A DNA stretch of 64,000 bases from the human T2T-CHM13v2.0 reference genome, Homo sapiens, in assembly GCF_009914755.1 (NCBI RefSeq), contig NC_060947.1; one strand, written 5' to 3'. Within the stretch, counting starts at the first letter, position 1. The number at the start of each line of letters is the position of its first letter. Under the pieces are notes generated by a model. The model did not search any database, was not told the origin of the DNA, and was given only the letters and a program-made list of their open reading frames with translations. This document shows positions 28,858-42,555 of this stretch, piece after piece. The position numbers and the translations under genes were made by a program.

Positions 28858-29382
28858 TTTGTAACAAACCTGCATATGTACTCCTGAAGTTAAAATAAAA
28901 GTTAAAAAAGAGAAAAAATTACTTCAAAGGCGTGAGAAATAAAGAGCCTTGACAAAAACAAATGAGAAAGGGACAATAGGGAGGTATTTGGGGTGGGAGG
29001 TGGCCTGGGGTAACATGAGATAAGAGAGAGGGAGAACACATTCTGCTGTCTGAGATGTTGATGGGAAGGCTTTCACTCTATATTGGCTGATGTATCACAG
29101 TGATCAGGAGGGAATAGCATGCAGAGAAGACAGGCCTGTTCATCACTGTCAAGTTACAGTTTGAAAACTAACGCTGATAGCTTTCAGAGTGTGCTGTGAG
29201 GGTAAATTTCAGCAGGACTAAAATTAGCCTGAGCTGCTTTCTAAAGTTCTTACATGTCACTAATGCCTGGTCAATGAATGAATCATACAGATTAAGAGTG
29301 TTGATTTGGTCCAAGAATTATCGAGATGGTTTGCACCAGCATGTCAGCATTGTTTACTTAGTGCGAGATTTATGATTACACA
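28858..29382 (+). repeat. Left arm of a ~520-bp inverted duplication (partner 32060-32577)
   Basis: For example gatagctttcagagtgtgctgtgagggtaaatttcagcaggact is the reverse complement of agtcctgctgaaatttaccctcacagcacactctgaaagctatc at ~32222-32265. Confidence 0.93.
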
Positions 29383-29650
29383 CTTTGGGAGTGTGCTGGT
29401 CTCAGTGTATATCTTTGCTTCTAATACACAAATGAATACTTTATTTGTACCATTTTACACAAATTAGTCATTCTTTCATTGATATCTCAACCATCACAGT
29501 TTCAATTTTCTTATACGTGCTAGTTAATGCTTTTAGAAATAAAACAGAAAGTCAATTAAAATTAGTCTTTCTTTAGATAATATCCAATAACCCAAATTCC
29601 CCTTTGACCACCCATTCTTCTTTTAAAAAAATAAAAACACTTAGTACTGC

Positions 29651-30073
29651 TGATATGGCTTAGACATTTGTCCCATTCAAATCTCATGTTGAATTGTAAT
29701 TCCTAATGTTGGCAGTGAAGTCTAGTTGAGAAGTGTTTGGGTCATCGGGATGAATCCTTCATGAACTGCTTGGTGACATCCTCATGGTAATGAGTGAGGT
29801 GCCACTCTTAGTTCCACAAGATCTGATTTTTAGAAAGGTCATGGCACCTCCTCCCTTCTCTGTCTGTTCTTCTCTCTTCCACTATATGATATCTACATGC
29901 CAGCACTCCTTTGCCTTTTGCCATGAATGGGAGCAGCCTGAATCCCTCGTCAGAAGATGTTGACACCATGATTCTTGTACAACCTGAATATCCATGAGCC
30001 AAGTAAACCTCTTTTCTTTATAAATTACCCATCCTTTGATATTTATTTATAACAACACAAATGGACTAAGACA
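29651..30073 (+). mobile_element. MaLR solo LTR (MST family, MSTB-like)
   Basis: tgatatggcttagacatttgtccc...aaatctcatgttgaattgtaat ... taaacctcttttctttataaattaccca ... aaatggactaagaca. Confidence 0.85.
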
Positions 30074-30099
30074 CCCACCCTCTTAGTTACTAAAGGGCA

Positions 30100-30930
30100 T
30101 TAATTCAGCAATTATTTCCTGTCTTTCATATATTGGCAATGTTGTCTTCTTTACTGGATCATTCTCATCAGTATATGACAGAATCTCCCATCTTAAAAAA
30201 TAGTAAGTAGTTGAGTGATAAATAGATTATAAATAGATAGATGAACAGACTGATGATTCACAGATAGATATATAGTATAACTCAATCTTATGGCTTTAAA
30301 TGCGTTTACAACTTTCACATTTTATGTCCAGCCTGGAACTTTCCTATGAACTCTGTGCTCATATCTAACTGCATACTTAACATCTCCCACTGGATGTCTG
30401 ATAGACATCTTAAGCTTACCATGTCAAAGGACAAAGACCTAGTCTTCTTCAAGCCCCCTTCCAAAAAATTCCTTGGTATTTAGTTTTCCTAATTGCATTT
30501 AATGGCAATTCTAGCCATCTAGTTGCTTGGGCAAGAAACCTTAGATTCATCTTTAACTATTGTATTTCTTTCACTTCCTACATCCAATCCATTAACAAAT
30601 CAACAATTCTGTGATCTCTCCTTTCAAAATATGTTTCAAATCTCATAATTTCCCTTTACCTTCACTACTATCACTCTGCTCTAAGATTTCATAGTCTTTC
30701 TTGGGACTGTTGCAATAACCACTTTACTGATCTCCTCACTTTTACACTTGCCTGAAATACTTTTCCTCCAAATTTTCACAGTCTCATTCTCTCATTTTCT
30801 TCCTTCTATGCTTAACATTGCCTCCTAAGAGAGGGTTTCCATAACAACTCAATTTTAAAATGTATCTTCCAGCCACTCTCTATTTTCTTACCCAACACTG
30901 TTTCTCCATAAAATGTAACATCACCTGGCA
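30100..30930 (+). mobile_element. L2 LINE fragment
   Basis: Typical L2 text: atggctttaaat..., catctcccactggatgtctgatagacatcttaagcttaccatgtc, catccaatccattaacaaatc. Confidence 0.75.
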
Positions 30931-31399
30931 TAGACCATAAGATCTACGATGGCAGAAACTTCGTTTTGTTGAAAGGAAGAGGCACTGTAACATTGAAGCA
31001 GAAAGTTTTAGTGCTAGAACAAGAAGAATTTGGATATTGCTGAGGCCTAGGATCTGTGGCACAGAGTAATAGCTGAAGCTAGAAATGTTTTGGCTGTGCC
31101 TAATTTTGAAGGGTTATAAGGCCTGGACAAGTAATTTGGGCTTTATTCTTTAGAAAATTAGGTATTGCCTTCCAATAGGCCTGAAATATCTTATCAGCTG
31201 AGGAAAGTCAAGGGTGGGTTCTGTACCTTAATTAGTCATGATTATCTATTCACTGTGCCACAGAGGAAGCTCTGAACATTTTACAGGATTTTCTGGTTTC
31301 TTCAGGCAACTGCTAAGCCCCAGAATGGTTTCGCAAATTGCCTGTTTTCACTTTGCAACTCCTGTGAGCCATAACCCTGAGGTACCAGGGCTCTGGTGA

Positions 31400-31620
31400 G
31401 ATGGTATAGTATACGAAGAAGAGCATGGTTATTGAAGCGAGACAGCCCTGCATACAAATCCCAGTTGTGCAGTTCACTAGCTATAACTTAGACAAATTAC
31501 CTAGGTAGTCAAAATTTTATTATTTATATTTATAAATTGAGAGTCAGTAGACTATTTAAAAATTATAATGGGCACAAAACACCCAGAAGAATGACTTGAA
31601 CGTAATAGTTCCCTGACACC
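31400..31620 (+). mobile_element. MIR SINE, degenerate
   Basis: aagagcatgg...gacagccctgcatacaaatcccagtt...cactagctataacttagacaaattac resembles the MIR core. Confidence 0.6.
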
Positions 31621-32059
31621 AGACCCCAGTCTAGTCTTTGAGAAGAGAACCTATTTCATTTTTCTCACCTGCTCCTTCTCACTTCCTTGCCCTGTGTACT
31701 AATAGTTAAACAGGTTTCTATTACTAAAGAAGATCCACAGTATCCAACATAGAAATGTCTACAAATATACAGTTTTACTAGAAAAAGGTACAATACAGTA
31801 ACGGCATTAAAATGGGATATGCATCAGAATCAAAAGCTGTTTTACAGAAATGAGTCTGTTTTATGGGCTTCTATTGTCCTCCTTCTTTACGAGTCATGAC
31901 CTAATACATTTTCTCACATCACGAACCACTGACGATTGAAAGAAACAGGGATTCCAAAATGACTGAAATTTTTAAATATTTTACTGGTCAAACAGACATA
32001 TTACTGCTACGTAACTGGTCCCAAAAGCAGAGTTATTCTGGAGTCTCAGCAAGATCAGG

Positions 32060-32577
32060 TGTAAATCATAAATCTTGCACTTAATAAACAATGCTGACAT
32101 GCTGGTGCAAACCATGTCGATAATTCTTGGACCAAATCAACACTCTTAATCAGTATGTTTCGTTCATTGACCAGGCGTTAGTGCCATGTAGGAAATTTAG
32201 GAAGCAGCTCAGGCTAATTCCAGTCCTGCTGAAATTTACCCTCACAGCACACTCTGAAAGCTATCAGCATTAGTTTTCAAACTGTAACTTGACAGTGATG
32301 AACAGGCCAGTCTTCTCTGCATGCTATTCCCTCCTGATCAATGTGATTCATCAGCCAATCTTCTGAGCATGGGGAGTGAAAAGCCTTCCCATCAAACAAC
32401 TCAGACAGCACGTGTTCTCCCGCTCTCTTATCCCATCCTCCCAACCCAAATACCTCCCTATTATCCCTTTCTCATTTGTTTTTGTCAAGGCTTTTTATTT
32501 CCCATGCCTTTGAAGTAATTTTTCCCTCTTTTTTAACTTTCATTTTAACTTCAGGGGTACATGTGCAGGTTTGTTGA
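32060..32577 (-). repeat. Right arm of the ~520-bp inverted duplication
   Basis: Reverse-complement match to 28858-29382, including the last ~55 bp of the adjacent L1 tail. Confidence 0.93.
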
Positions 32578-33870
32578 ATAGGTAAATGTGTGTCATAGGG
32601 GTTTGTTTTACGAATTATTTCATCACCCAGGTGCTAAGCCTAGTATTCATTAGTTACTTTTCATGATTCTCTCCCTCCTCCCACCTTCCAATAGTCTCCA
32701 GTTTGTTGTTCCCCACTTTATCTCCATGCTTTCTCACCATTTAGCTCCCACTTAGAAGTGAGAATGTGTGGCATTTTTTCTATTCCTGCATTAGTTTACT
32801 AAAGATAATGGTCTCCAACTCCATCCAAGTTCCTGCAAAGGACATAATCTCATTCTGTATTATGGCTGCATAGTATTCCATGGTGTATATGTACCAAATT
32901 TTCTTTATCCAGTCTACCATTGATGGACATTTAGGTTGATTCCATGTCTTTACTATTGTGAATAGTGCTGCAATTAACATACACATGAATGTGTTTGCAT
33001 AATAGAATGGCCTTATATTCATTTCGGTATATACACAGTAATGAGATTGCTTGGTCAAATGGTATTGCTGACTTTAGGTCTTTGATGAATTTCCACACTG
33101 TTTAACAATGGTTGCACTAATTTACGCTGTCACATACAGTGTATAAGCATTTCTTTTTTCCACAACCCCACCAGCATCTGTTATTTTTTGGCTTTTTAAT
33201 TAAAGCCATTCTGCCTGGTGTGAGATGGCATCTCATTTTTTTGATTTGCATTTCTCTAATGATCAGTGATGCCATGCTTTTTTTTCATATGATTGTTGGC
33301 TGCAGGTACGTCTTCTTTTGAAGTGTCTGTTCATGTCCTTTGCCCACTTTTTAATGTTTTTTTTTTTTTCTTGTAAATGTGTTTAAGTTTCTTATAGATG
33401 CTGGAAATTGTGTCTTTGTCAGATTCATAGTTTGCAAAGATTTTCTCCCATTCTGTAGGTTGACTGTTTACTCTGTGGATAGTTTCCTTTGCTGTGAGGA
33501 AGCTTTTTAGTTTAACAATATGCCATTTTTCAGTTTTTGCTTTTGTTGTGACTGCTTTTGGTGCCTTCATCATGAAATACTTGCCTATTCCTATGTCAAG
33601 AATGGTATTGCCTAGGTTGTCATCCAGGGTTTTTATAGGATTGGGTTTTACATTTAAGTATTTAATCTACCATGAGTTATTTTTGTATATGGCATAAGGA
33701 ATTGGTCTAGTTTCAATCTTCTGCATATGACTAGCCAGTTATCACAGCACCATTTATTGAACAGGGAATTATTTCCTCATTGCTTCTTTTTATCAGGTTT
33801 GTTGAAGATCAGATTGTTGTAGGTCTGTGGACTTGTATCTGGGTTATCTATTCTGTTCCATTCATCTATA
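32522..33870 (-). mobile_element. 5'-truncated L1PA (L1PA11-13-like)
   Basis: Poly(T) followed by tcaggggtacatgtgcaggtttgtt; ORF2 C-terminus TWNQPKCPSMVDWIKKIW on the minus strand. Confidence 0.87.
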
Positions 33871-34969
33871 ACTCCATATTCTCTTATTTTGCAAACTTTA
33901 ACATTTGTTTTCTTGGATTCCTGAAATTAAATTTAAAAGGCCAGTTTCTAAAATCAGTCAAGACTCGTCAATCCATTTGTATTTTGATGTACATAACTTA
34001 AGTTAGAAACAAAAAAACAAAAATGCCAACAAATGCCAAAGTGCTTCAAAGTGCAAGCCAGTTACAACTTCAGGTAGTCATTAAAGTAAATTAAATGCAT
34101 TGTTTTGAATTTTTTAAAAATTGGCTTTGTAAATTTTTATAAAGTACTCCAGAAGTGAGGCTTTCTTATCACCTTCTAAATAAACAAAGTCTTGAATTCC
34201 ACAGACCAAAGAGTAAAATAAAAACAAAATTAAAAATTGACCATGCACACCTGCCTGCTTAGCTATAACATAGTTTATTAATATAATGATTTAGTACCTA
34301 AAGATTAATGAGGCATTCAAGGAGATTAGTAAACCCAAATTTGCAGCAGTTTGATTTTTTAAGATTAAGTCATGTTCTAAAGAATAAATACTATTCTAAA
34401 TAATCATAAAAGTGATTTCATAGACATGTTCTTTCACTTTAATAGTATAAATTCAATTTGCACCAAGAGTAATTAAGTAATGAGTTAGTCACATCAATGA
34501 GAGGTACCATATGTCTATGAATACAACTTTTAAAATTAATAAAATGAGATCATCAGAAATCACCACCCTTTGACATTATATCTTGACATTCCTGGCCAGC
34601 CTCCCATAAGTGTTATCAAACCACATTGCAACTCAATGGCAAGCAAAAAAGGATTGCAGTAACCCTTGTGAGGATGATAAATATTTAAATGCACGACCTC
34701 TGATTCTAGTGGAAATGGAGTGATGGAAAATCTACCTGGGCAATTTGAGGTCATCATATCAGCAAAGAGTGGGAAATTCTACATAGCAAAATGTGAGAAT
34801 CTAAATGCACAAAGTATAATGATTGTGAATAACAATATTTAATTTGCTATGACAATTTCCATTATTTAACAAAATACACTGTTGACAACTTTGCATTAGA
34901 AAACTCGAAAGAATAATTCACTCAGAAAAAATCTAGTAAAATAAACTGTCAACCATATAACAATAGTAC

Positions 34970-37900
34970 TTTTATTTTTTTTTTTATTTTCATAGGATTT
35001 TGAGGGACAGGTGGTATTTGGTTACATGAATAAGTTCTTTAGTGATGATTTGTGAGATTTTGGCACACCCATCACTAAAGTAGTATACACTGCACCCTAT
35101 TTGTAGTCTTTTATTTTTCATCCCTTTCCCACCCTTCCCTGCTGAGTCCCTGAATTCCATTGCATTATTCTTATGCTTTTGCATCCTCATAACTTAGCTC
35201 CCTTTTATGAGTGAGAACATAACAATGTTTGTTTTTCCATTCCTGAGTTACTTCACTTAGAATAATAGTCTCCATCCCATGCGGGTTGCTGCAAATGTCA
35301 TTAATTCATTCCTTTTTATAACTCAGTAGTATTCCATCATATATATATATATATATATATAATCAGTTCTACATTTTTGCAATTGCGAATTGTGCTGCTA
35401 TAATCATGTGCGTGAAGTATCCTTTTGGTATAATGACTTCTTTACCTCTGGGTAGATACCAAGTAGTATAATTGCTGGATCAAATGGTAGTTCTGCTTTT
35501 ACGTTTTAAAGGAATCTCCACAATGTTTTCCATAGTGTTTATACTAGTTTACATTCTGACCGGCAGTGTAGAAGTGTTCACTTTTCAATGTATCCACACC
35601 AGCATCTATTATTTTTTATTTTTTTATATTGGCCATTCTTGCAGGAGTAAGGTGGTATCACATTGTAGTTTTGATTTACATTTCCCTGATCATTAGTAAT
35701 ATTGAGCTTTTTATCATGTTTATTGGCCATTTGTGTATCTTCTTTTGTTAATTGTCTATTTATATCTTTAGCTGAGTTTTTAAAATGAGATGGTTTGTTT
35801 TTTCTTGCTAATTTGAGTTCCATGTAGATTCTGGAGATTAGTCTTTTGTTGGATGCATAGATTGTGAAGATTTTTTGCTATTCTGTGGGTTGTCTGTTTA
35901 CTATGCTGACTGTTCCTTTTGACATGCAAAAGCTCTTTAGTTTAATTAAGTCCCACTTATTTTTCTTTGTTTTTGTTGCATTTGCTTTTGAGTTCTTCGT
36001 CATGAAATCTTTACCTAAGCCACTGTCTAGAAGAGTTTTTCCAATGTTATCTTCTAGAATTTTTATAGTTTCAGGTCTTAGATTTAAGTCTTTAATCCAT
36101 CTTGAGTTGATTGTTGTATAAGGTAAGAGATGAGCATCCAGTTTCATTCTCCTACATGTGGTTAGCCAATTATCCCAGCATCATTTTTTGAAAAAGATGT
36201 CCTTTACCCACACTGTTTTTGTTTGATTTGTCAAAGACCAGTTGTCTGTAAGTATTTGGGTTTATTTCTGAGTTCTCTATTCTGTTCCATTGGTCTATGT
36301 GCCTATTTTTATACCAGTAACATGCTGTTTTGATGACTATGGCCTTATGGTATAGTTTGGAATCAGGTAATGTGATGCCTTCAGATTTGTTCTTTTTGCT
36401 TAGTCTTGCTTTGGCTATGTGGGCTCTTTTTGGGTTCCATATGAATCTTAGGATTGTTTTTTCTACTTCTGTGAAGAAGAATGGTAGTATGTTGATGGGA
36501 ATTGCATTGAATTTGTAGATTGCTTTTGGCAGTATGGCCTTTTTCACAATATGGATTCTACCCATCCGTGAGCACATGATGTGTTTCTATTTGTTTGTGT
36601 CATCTATGATTTCTTTCATCAGTTCCTCTACGAGGAAAACTACACCTCCTTTGTTAGGTATATTCCTAAGTATACACCTTTACTTCTTCTTTACCTATTT
36701 GGATGCCCTTTATTTTTTTCTTTTGCCTGGTAGCTCTGCCTAGGACTGCCAGTAATTTGTTAAATAGAAGTAGTGAGAGTGGGTATCCTTGTCTTGTTCC
36801 AGTTCTCACAGGGAAAGCTTTCAACTTTTCTCCATTCAGTTTTATGTTGGCTGCAGATTTGTCATAGATGGATTTTATTACATTGAGGCATGTTTCTTTT
36901 ATACCAATTTTGCTGAGGATTTTAATTATAAAGGAAAGTTGGATTTTGCCAATATGAAGGAAAGTTGGATCATGTGATTTTTGTTTCTATTTCTGTTTAT
37001 GTGGTGTATCACATTTATTGACTTGCATATGTTAAACAACTCCTGCATCGTTGTTATAAAACCCACTTTATCGTGATGGATTATCTTCTTGATATGTTGT
37101 TGGATTCAGTTGGCTAGTACATTGTTAAGGATTTTAGCATCTATGTTCATCTGGACTATTTGTCTGTAGTTTTCTTTTTTGGTTATGTCCTTTCCTGGTT
37201 TTGGTACTAGGGCTATTCATAGAACAATTTAGGGAGGATTCCCTTTTTCTCTGTCTCATGGAATAGTGTCAATAGGATTGGTACCAATCCTTCTTTGAAT
37301 CTCTGGTAGAATTCAGCTGTGAATCTGTCTGGTCCTGGACTTTTTTTGTTGGTATTTTCTTTTATTACAATTTCAGTCTCACTGCTTGTTAGTGGGTGTG
37401 TTTGGGGTTTCTAATTCTCCCTGATTTAAGCTAGGAGGGTTGCATCTTTCCAGGAATTTATCCATCTCCTTTAGTTTATGATCATAAAGGTGTTCATTGT
37501 AGCCTTGAATTATCTTTTGTATTTCTGAGTTGTCGGTTGTAATATCTCCAGTTTTGTTTCTAATTGAGCTTATTTGGATCTTCTATCTTCTTTTCTTGGT
37601 TAATCATAGTTTAAATCTATTGTCTCTTTCTTGACTTTCTGTCTTGGTGACCTGTCTAGTTCTGTCAGTGGAGTATTGAAGTCCCCCACTCTTACTGCAT
37701 TGCTGTCTATCTCATTCCTTAGGTCTCATAGGCATTGTTTCATAAATTTGAGAGCTCCAATGTTAGGTACATATATTTTTAGGATTGTGACATTTCCTGT
37801 TGGACAAGGCCTTTTATCATTATATAATGTCCCTCTTTGTTTTTTTTAACTGCTGTTAGTTTAAAGTCTGTTTTGTCTGTTATAAGAATAGCTACCTTTG

Positions 37901-39285
37901 CCCACTTTTCGTGTCCATTTGCATAGAAGGTCTTTTTCCACCCCTTTACCTTAAGTTTATGTGAGTCCTTATGTGTTAGGTGATTCTCTTGAAGGCAGCA
38001 GATGCTTGAATGGTGAATTCTTATGCATTTTGCAGTTTTGTGTCTTTTTTTATTATTATACTTTAAGTTTTAGGGTACAAGTGCACAACGTGGAGGTTAG
38101 TTACATATGTATACATATGCCATATTGGTGTGCTGCACTCATTAACTTGTCATTTAACATTGGGTATATCTCCTAATGCTATCCCTCCCTCCTCCCCCAA
38201 CCCCACAACAAGTCCTGGTGTGTGATGTTCCCCTTCCTGTGTCCATGTGTTCTCATTGTTCAATTCCCACCTATGAGTGAGAACATGCGGTGTTTGGTTT
38301 TTTGTCCTTGTGATAGTTTGCTGAGAATGATGGTTTCCAGCTTCATCCATGTCCCTACAAAGGACATGAACCCATCCTTTTTTTATTGCTGCATAGTATT
38401 CCATGTTGCATATGTGCCACATTTTCTTAATCCAGTCTATCATTGTTGGACATTTGGCTTGGTTCCAAGTCTTTGCTATTATGAATAGTGCCATAAAAAA
38501 CATACATGTGCATGTGTCTTTATAGCAGCAGGATTTATAATCCTTTGGGTATATACCCAGTAATGGGATTGCATCACTGGCCATCAGAGAAATGCAAGTC
38601 AAAACCACAATGAGATACCATCTCACACCAGTTAGAATGGTGATCATTGAATGTCAGGCAACAGCAGGTGCTGGAGAGGATGTGGAGAAATAGGAACGTT
38701 TTTGCACTATTGGTGGGACTGTAAACTAGTTCAACCATTGTGGAAGTCAGTGTGGTGATTCCTCAGGGATCTAGAACTAGAAATACCATTTGACCCAGTT
38801 TTGTGTCTTTTAAGTGGAGCATTTACATTCAACGTTAGTAGCGAGATGTTTGGTATTTCATTTATCTTGCTATTTGTTGCCTGTATACCTTGGTTTTTTA
38901 ATTGTATTATTGTTTTGTAGGTACTGTGAGATTTATGCTTTATGGAGATTCTGTTTTGGTGTGTTTCCAGGATTCGTTCCAAGATTTAGAGCTCCTTTTA
39001 GCAGTTCTTCTAGTGCTGACTTGGTAGTGGCGAATTCTCTTAGCATTTGTTTGTCTGAAAAAGATGGTATCTTTCTTGCATTTATGAAGCTTAGACTCAC
39101 TGGATACGAAAATCTTGGCTGATCATTGTTTTGTTTAAGGAGGCTAATGATAGGTCCCCAATTTCTCCCAGCTTGTAGGGTTTCTGCTGAGAAGTCTGCT
39201 GTTAATCTGATAGGTTTTCCTTTATAGGTTATGTGGTGCTTTTGCCTTACAACTCTTAAATTTCTTTACTTTGTCTTGACTTTAT
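34970..39285 (-). mobile_element. L1PB (L1PB1-like): 3' end to ORF1 3' part, with internal deletions and a nested L1PA
   Basis: L1PB-type tail gggacaggtggtatttggttacatgaataagttctttagtg; ORF2 peptides at 35878-36577(-). Confidence 0.87.
38049..38795 (-). mobile_element. Young L1PA, 5'-truncated with 5' inversion (twin priming)
   Basis: The minus-strand 3' end runs to ~38570, then a plus-strand segment covers 38571-38795. Perfect 16-bp TSD cagttttgtgtctttt at 38033-38048 and 38796-38811. Confidence 0.92.
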
Positions 39286-39450
39286 TTATTTATTTTATTT
39301 TTTGTGACAGGGTCTGGCTCTATCACCCAGGCTAGAGTGCAGTGGCTTGATTTCAGCTCACAGTAACCTCTGCCTCCTGAGTTCAAGTGATTGTGCCTTA
39401 GCCTCCCTAGCAGCTAGGAGTACAGGCATGCACCACCATGCCTGGCTAAA
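39286..39450 (-). mobile_element. Alu right arm (AluJ-like), truncated at the central A-rich linker
   Basis: Poly(T), gacagggtctggctctatcacccaggctagagtgcagtgg ... caccaccatgcctggctaa. Confidence 0.85.
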
Positions 39451-40921
39451 TAAAAAATTATTCAAACTGAACAACAATAGTGACATAACCTATCAAAACC
39501 TCTGGGAGACAACAAAGGCGGTGCTAAGAGAAAAGTTCATAGCCCTAAAAGCCCACATCAAAAAGTCCAAAAGAGCATAAACAATCTAAGGTCACACCCC
39601 AAGTAACTAGATAAACAAGAACAAACCAACCCCAAACAGAGCAGTAGAAAGAAAATAACCAAGATCAGAGCAGAACTAAATGAAATTGATACAAAGAAAT
39701 ACACAAGATAAATGAAACAAAAAGCTTGTTCTTTGAAAACATAATGAAAATTGATAGACCATTAACAAGATAAACCAAGAAGAGAGAAATTCCAAATAAG
39801 CTCAATAAGAAATGAAATAGGAGATATTACAACTGACACCACAGAAATACAAAAGATCATTCAAGCCTACTATGAACACCTTTACATGCATAAAGTAGAA
39901 AATCTAGAAGAGAAGCTTAAATTCCTGGAAAGATAAAACCCTCCTAGCTTAAATCAGGCAAGAAGAATTAGATACCCTGAACAGACCAATAATAAGCAGC
40001 GATATTGAAAGAGTAATTTAATAATTAACAACAATAACCACAAGCCCAGGAACAGATGGATTCACAGCGGAATTCTACCAGACAGACAAATAAGAAATAG
40101 TATCAATACTATTGACACTATTCCACAACATACAGAAATAGGGAACCCTTTCTAAATCATTCTATGAAGCCAGTATCACCCTAATACCAAATCCAGGAAA
40201 GGATAAAACCAAAAAAGAAAACTATGGACCAATATCACTGATGAACATAGACTACAATTCTTAACAAGATACTACCTAAGTGAATCTAACAATATATAGA
40301 AAAGATAATCCACCATGATCAAGTGGGTTTCATACCAGGAATGCAGGAATGGCTTAACATATGCAAGTCAATAAACGTGATGCACTAAATAAATGGAAGA
40401 GAAAGCAAAGATCACATGATCATCTCAATACATGTACAAAAAGCATTAGACAACATCTAGCATTCCTTTATGATTAAAACTCGGCAAAATTGGCATACAA
40501 GGAGCATACCTCAATATAATAAAAGCCATTTATGACAAACCCAGAGCCAACATAATACTGAATGAGGAAAATTTGAATGCATTTCCTCTGAGAACTGGAA
40601 CAAGACAAGGATACCCACTCTCACCACTCCTGCTCAGCATATTACTGGAAGTCCTAGCCAGAACAATCAGACAAGAGAAAGAAATAAAGGGCATCCAAAT
40701 CAGTAAAGAGGAGGTCGAACTGTCACTGTTTGCTGATGATATGATCATTTACCTAGAAAACCCTAAAGATTCCTCCAAAAACCTCCTAGAACTGATAAAA
40801 AATTCAGCAAAATTTCTCGATACAAAATTAATGTACACAAATTAGTGGCTCTTCTATACACCAACAGTTACTAAGCTTAGAAGCAAATCAAGAAATCAAC
40901 CCCTTTTACAATAGCTGCAAC

Positions 40922-41000
40922 ATATATAGATAGATAGATATAGATATAGATATAGATATAGATATAGATATAGATATAGATACATACACATACATACATA
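40922..41000. repeat. (TAGATA)n / (TACA)n microsatellite within L1PB
   Basis: Directly visible. Confidence 0.9.
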
Positions 41001-42374
41001 CTTGGGGATATGCCTAACAAAGGAGGTTAAAGACATCTACAAGGAAAACTACAAAACACTGCTGAAAGTAATCATAGATGACACAAACAAATGGAAACAC
41101 ACCTCATGCTCATGGATGCGTAAAATCAATATTGTGAAAATTATTATACTGCTAAAAGTAATCTACAAATTCAATCCAATTCCCATCAACATACCACCCT
41201 TACTCTTCACATAATTTGAAAAAGCAATTCTAAAATTAATATGGAACCATAAAAGAGCCCACATAGCCAAAGCAAGACTAAGCAAAAAGAACTAATCTGT
41301 AGACATCACATTGCCTGATTCCAAACGATGCTATAAGGACATAGTTACCAAAACAGGATAGTACTGATATAAAAATAGGCACATAGACCAATGGAACAAA
41401 ATAGAGAACCCAGAAATAAACCCAAATACTTACAGCCAGCTGATCTTTGACAAAGCGAACAAAAACGTAAATGGGGAAAAGACATCCTTTTCAACAAATG
41501 GTACTGGGATAATTGGCTAACCACATGTAGGAGAATGAAACTGAATCCTCATATCTCCCCTTATACAAAAATCAACTCAAGATGCATTAAGGACTTGAAT
41601 CTAAGACCTGAAACTAAAAATTCCAGAAGATAACATTGGAAAAACTCTTCTAGACATTGGCTTAGGCAAGGATTTTATTACCAAGAACCCACAAGCAAAT
41701 GCAACAAAACAAAGATAAATAGCTGGCACTTAATTAAACTAAAGAGATTTTATGGGCAAGAGGAACAGTCAGCAGGGTAAACAGACAACACACAGAGGAG
41801 GAAAAAAGGTCTTCATAATGTAAACATCTGACACAGAACTAATATCCAGAATCTACCACAAACTCAAAGAAATCAACAAGAAAAAAAACAACCCCATTAA
41901 AAAGTGGGCTAAGGACATGAATAGACAATTCTCAAAAGAAGATACACAAATGGCCAACAAACATATGAAAAAAAGCTCAACATCACTAGTGATCAGGGAA
42001 ATGCAAATCAAAACCACAATATGATACCATCTTTCTCCTGTAAGAACGACCATAATCAAAAAATTTAAAAAAAAATTAGATGTTGGCGTGGATTCGGTGA
42101 ACAAGGAGAACTTCTACACTGCTGGTGAGAATGTGAACTAGTACAACCACTAAGGAAAACAGTTGATGATTCCTTAAAGAACTAAAAGTAGAACTACCAT
42201 TTGATCCAGCAATCCCATTACTTGGTAACTACCTAGAGAAAAATAAGTCATTATACCAAAAAAAAAAAAAAAAAAATACTTACACATGCATGTTTATAGC
42301 AGCACAATTTGCAACTGCAAAAATGTGGAACCAACTCAACTTCCCAACAATCAACGAGTGGATAAAGAAACTCT

Positions 42375-42399
42375 GATATATATATACACTAGTATTCTA

Positions 42400-42442
<43 letters not shown>

Positions 42443-42555
42443 CACACTAGTATTCCATAGTGTGTGTGTATATATATATACACACACACACATATATACA
42501 CACTCTAGTATTTGATGGTATATATATATATATATATATACCATTGAATACTAGT
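42375..42555. repeat. Compound (TA)n/(TG)n/(CA)n microsatellite with embedded inverted 14-15-mers
   Basis: Directly visible; see findings. Confidence 0.9.

Noticed and set aside
22041-28915. A single twin-primed L1 with an almost completely inverted body and a 55-bp sense tail
   Set aside because: The geometry fits, but the tail and its flank are a copy of the L1 tail at 32522-32577 (shared ctgaagttaaaat and flank). That L1 appears to be a different subfamily from the 22041-28852 element.
32060-33870. 3' transduction as the origin of the 520-bp duplicated arm
   Set aside because: There is no poly(A)/poly(T) or TSD at the inner ends of either arm.
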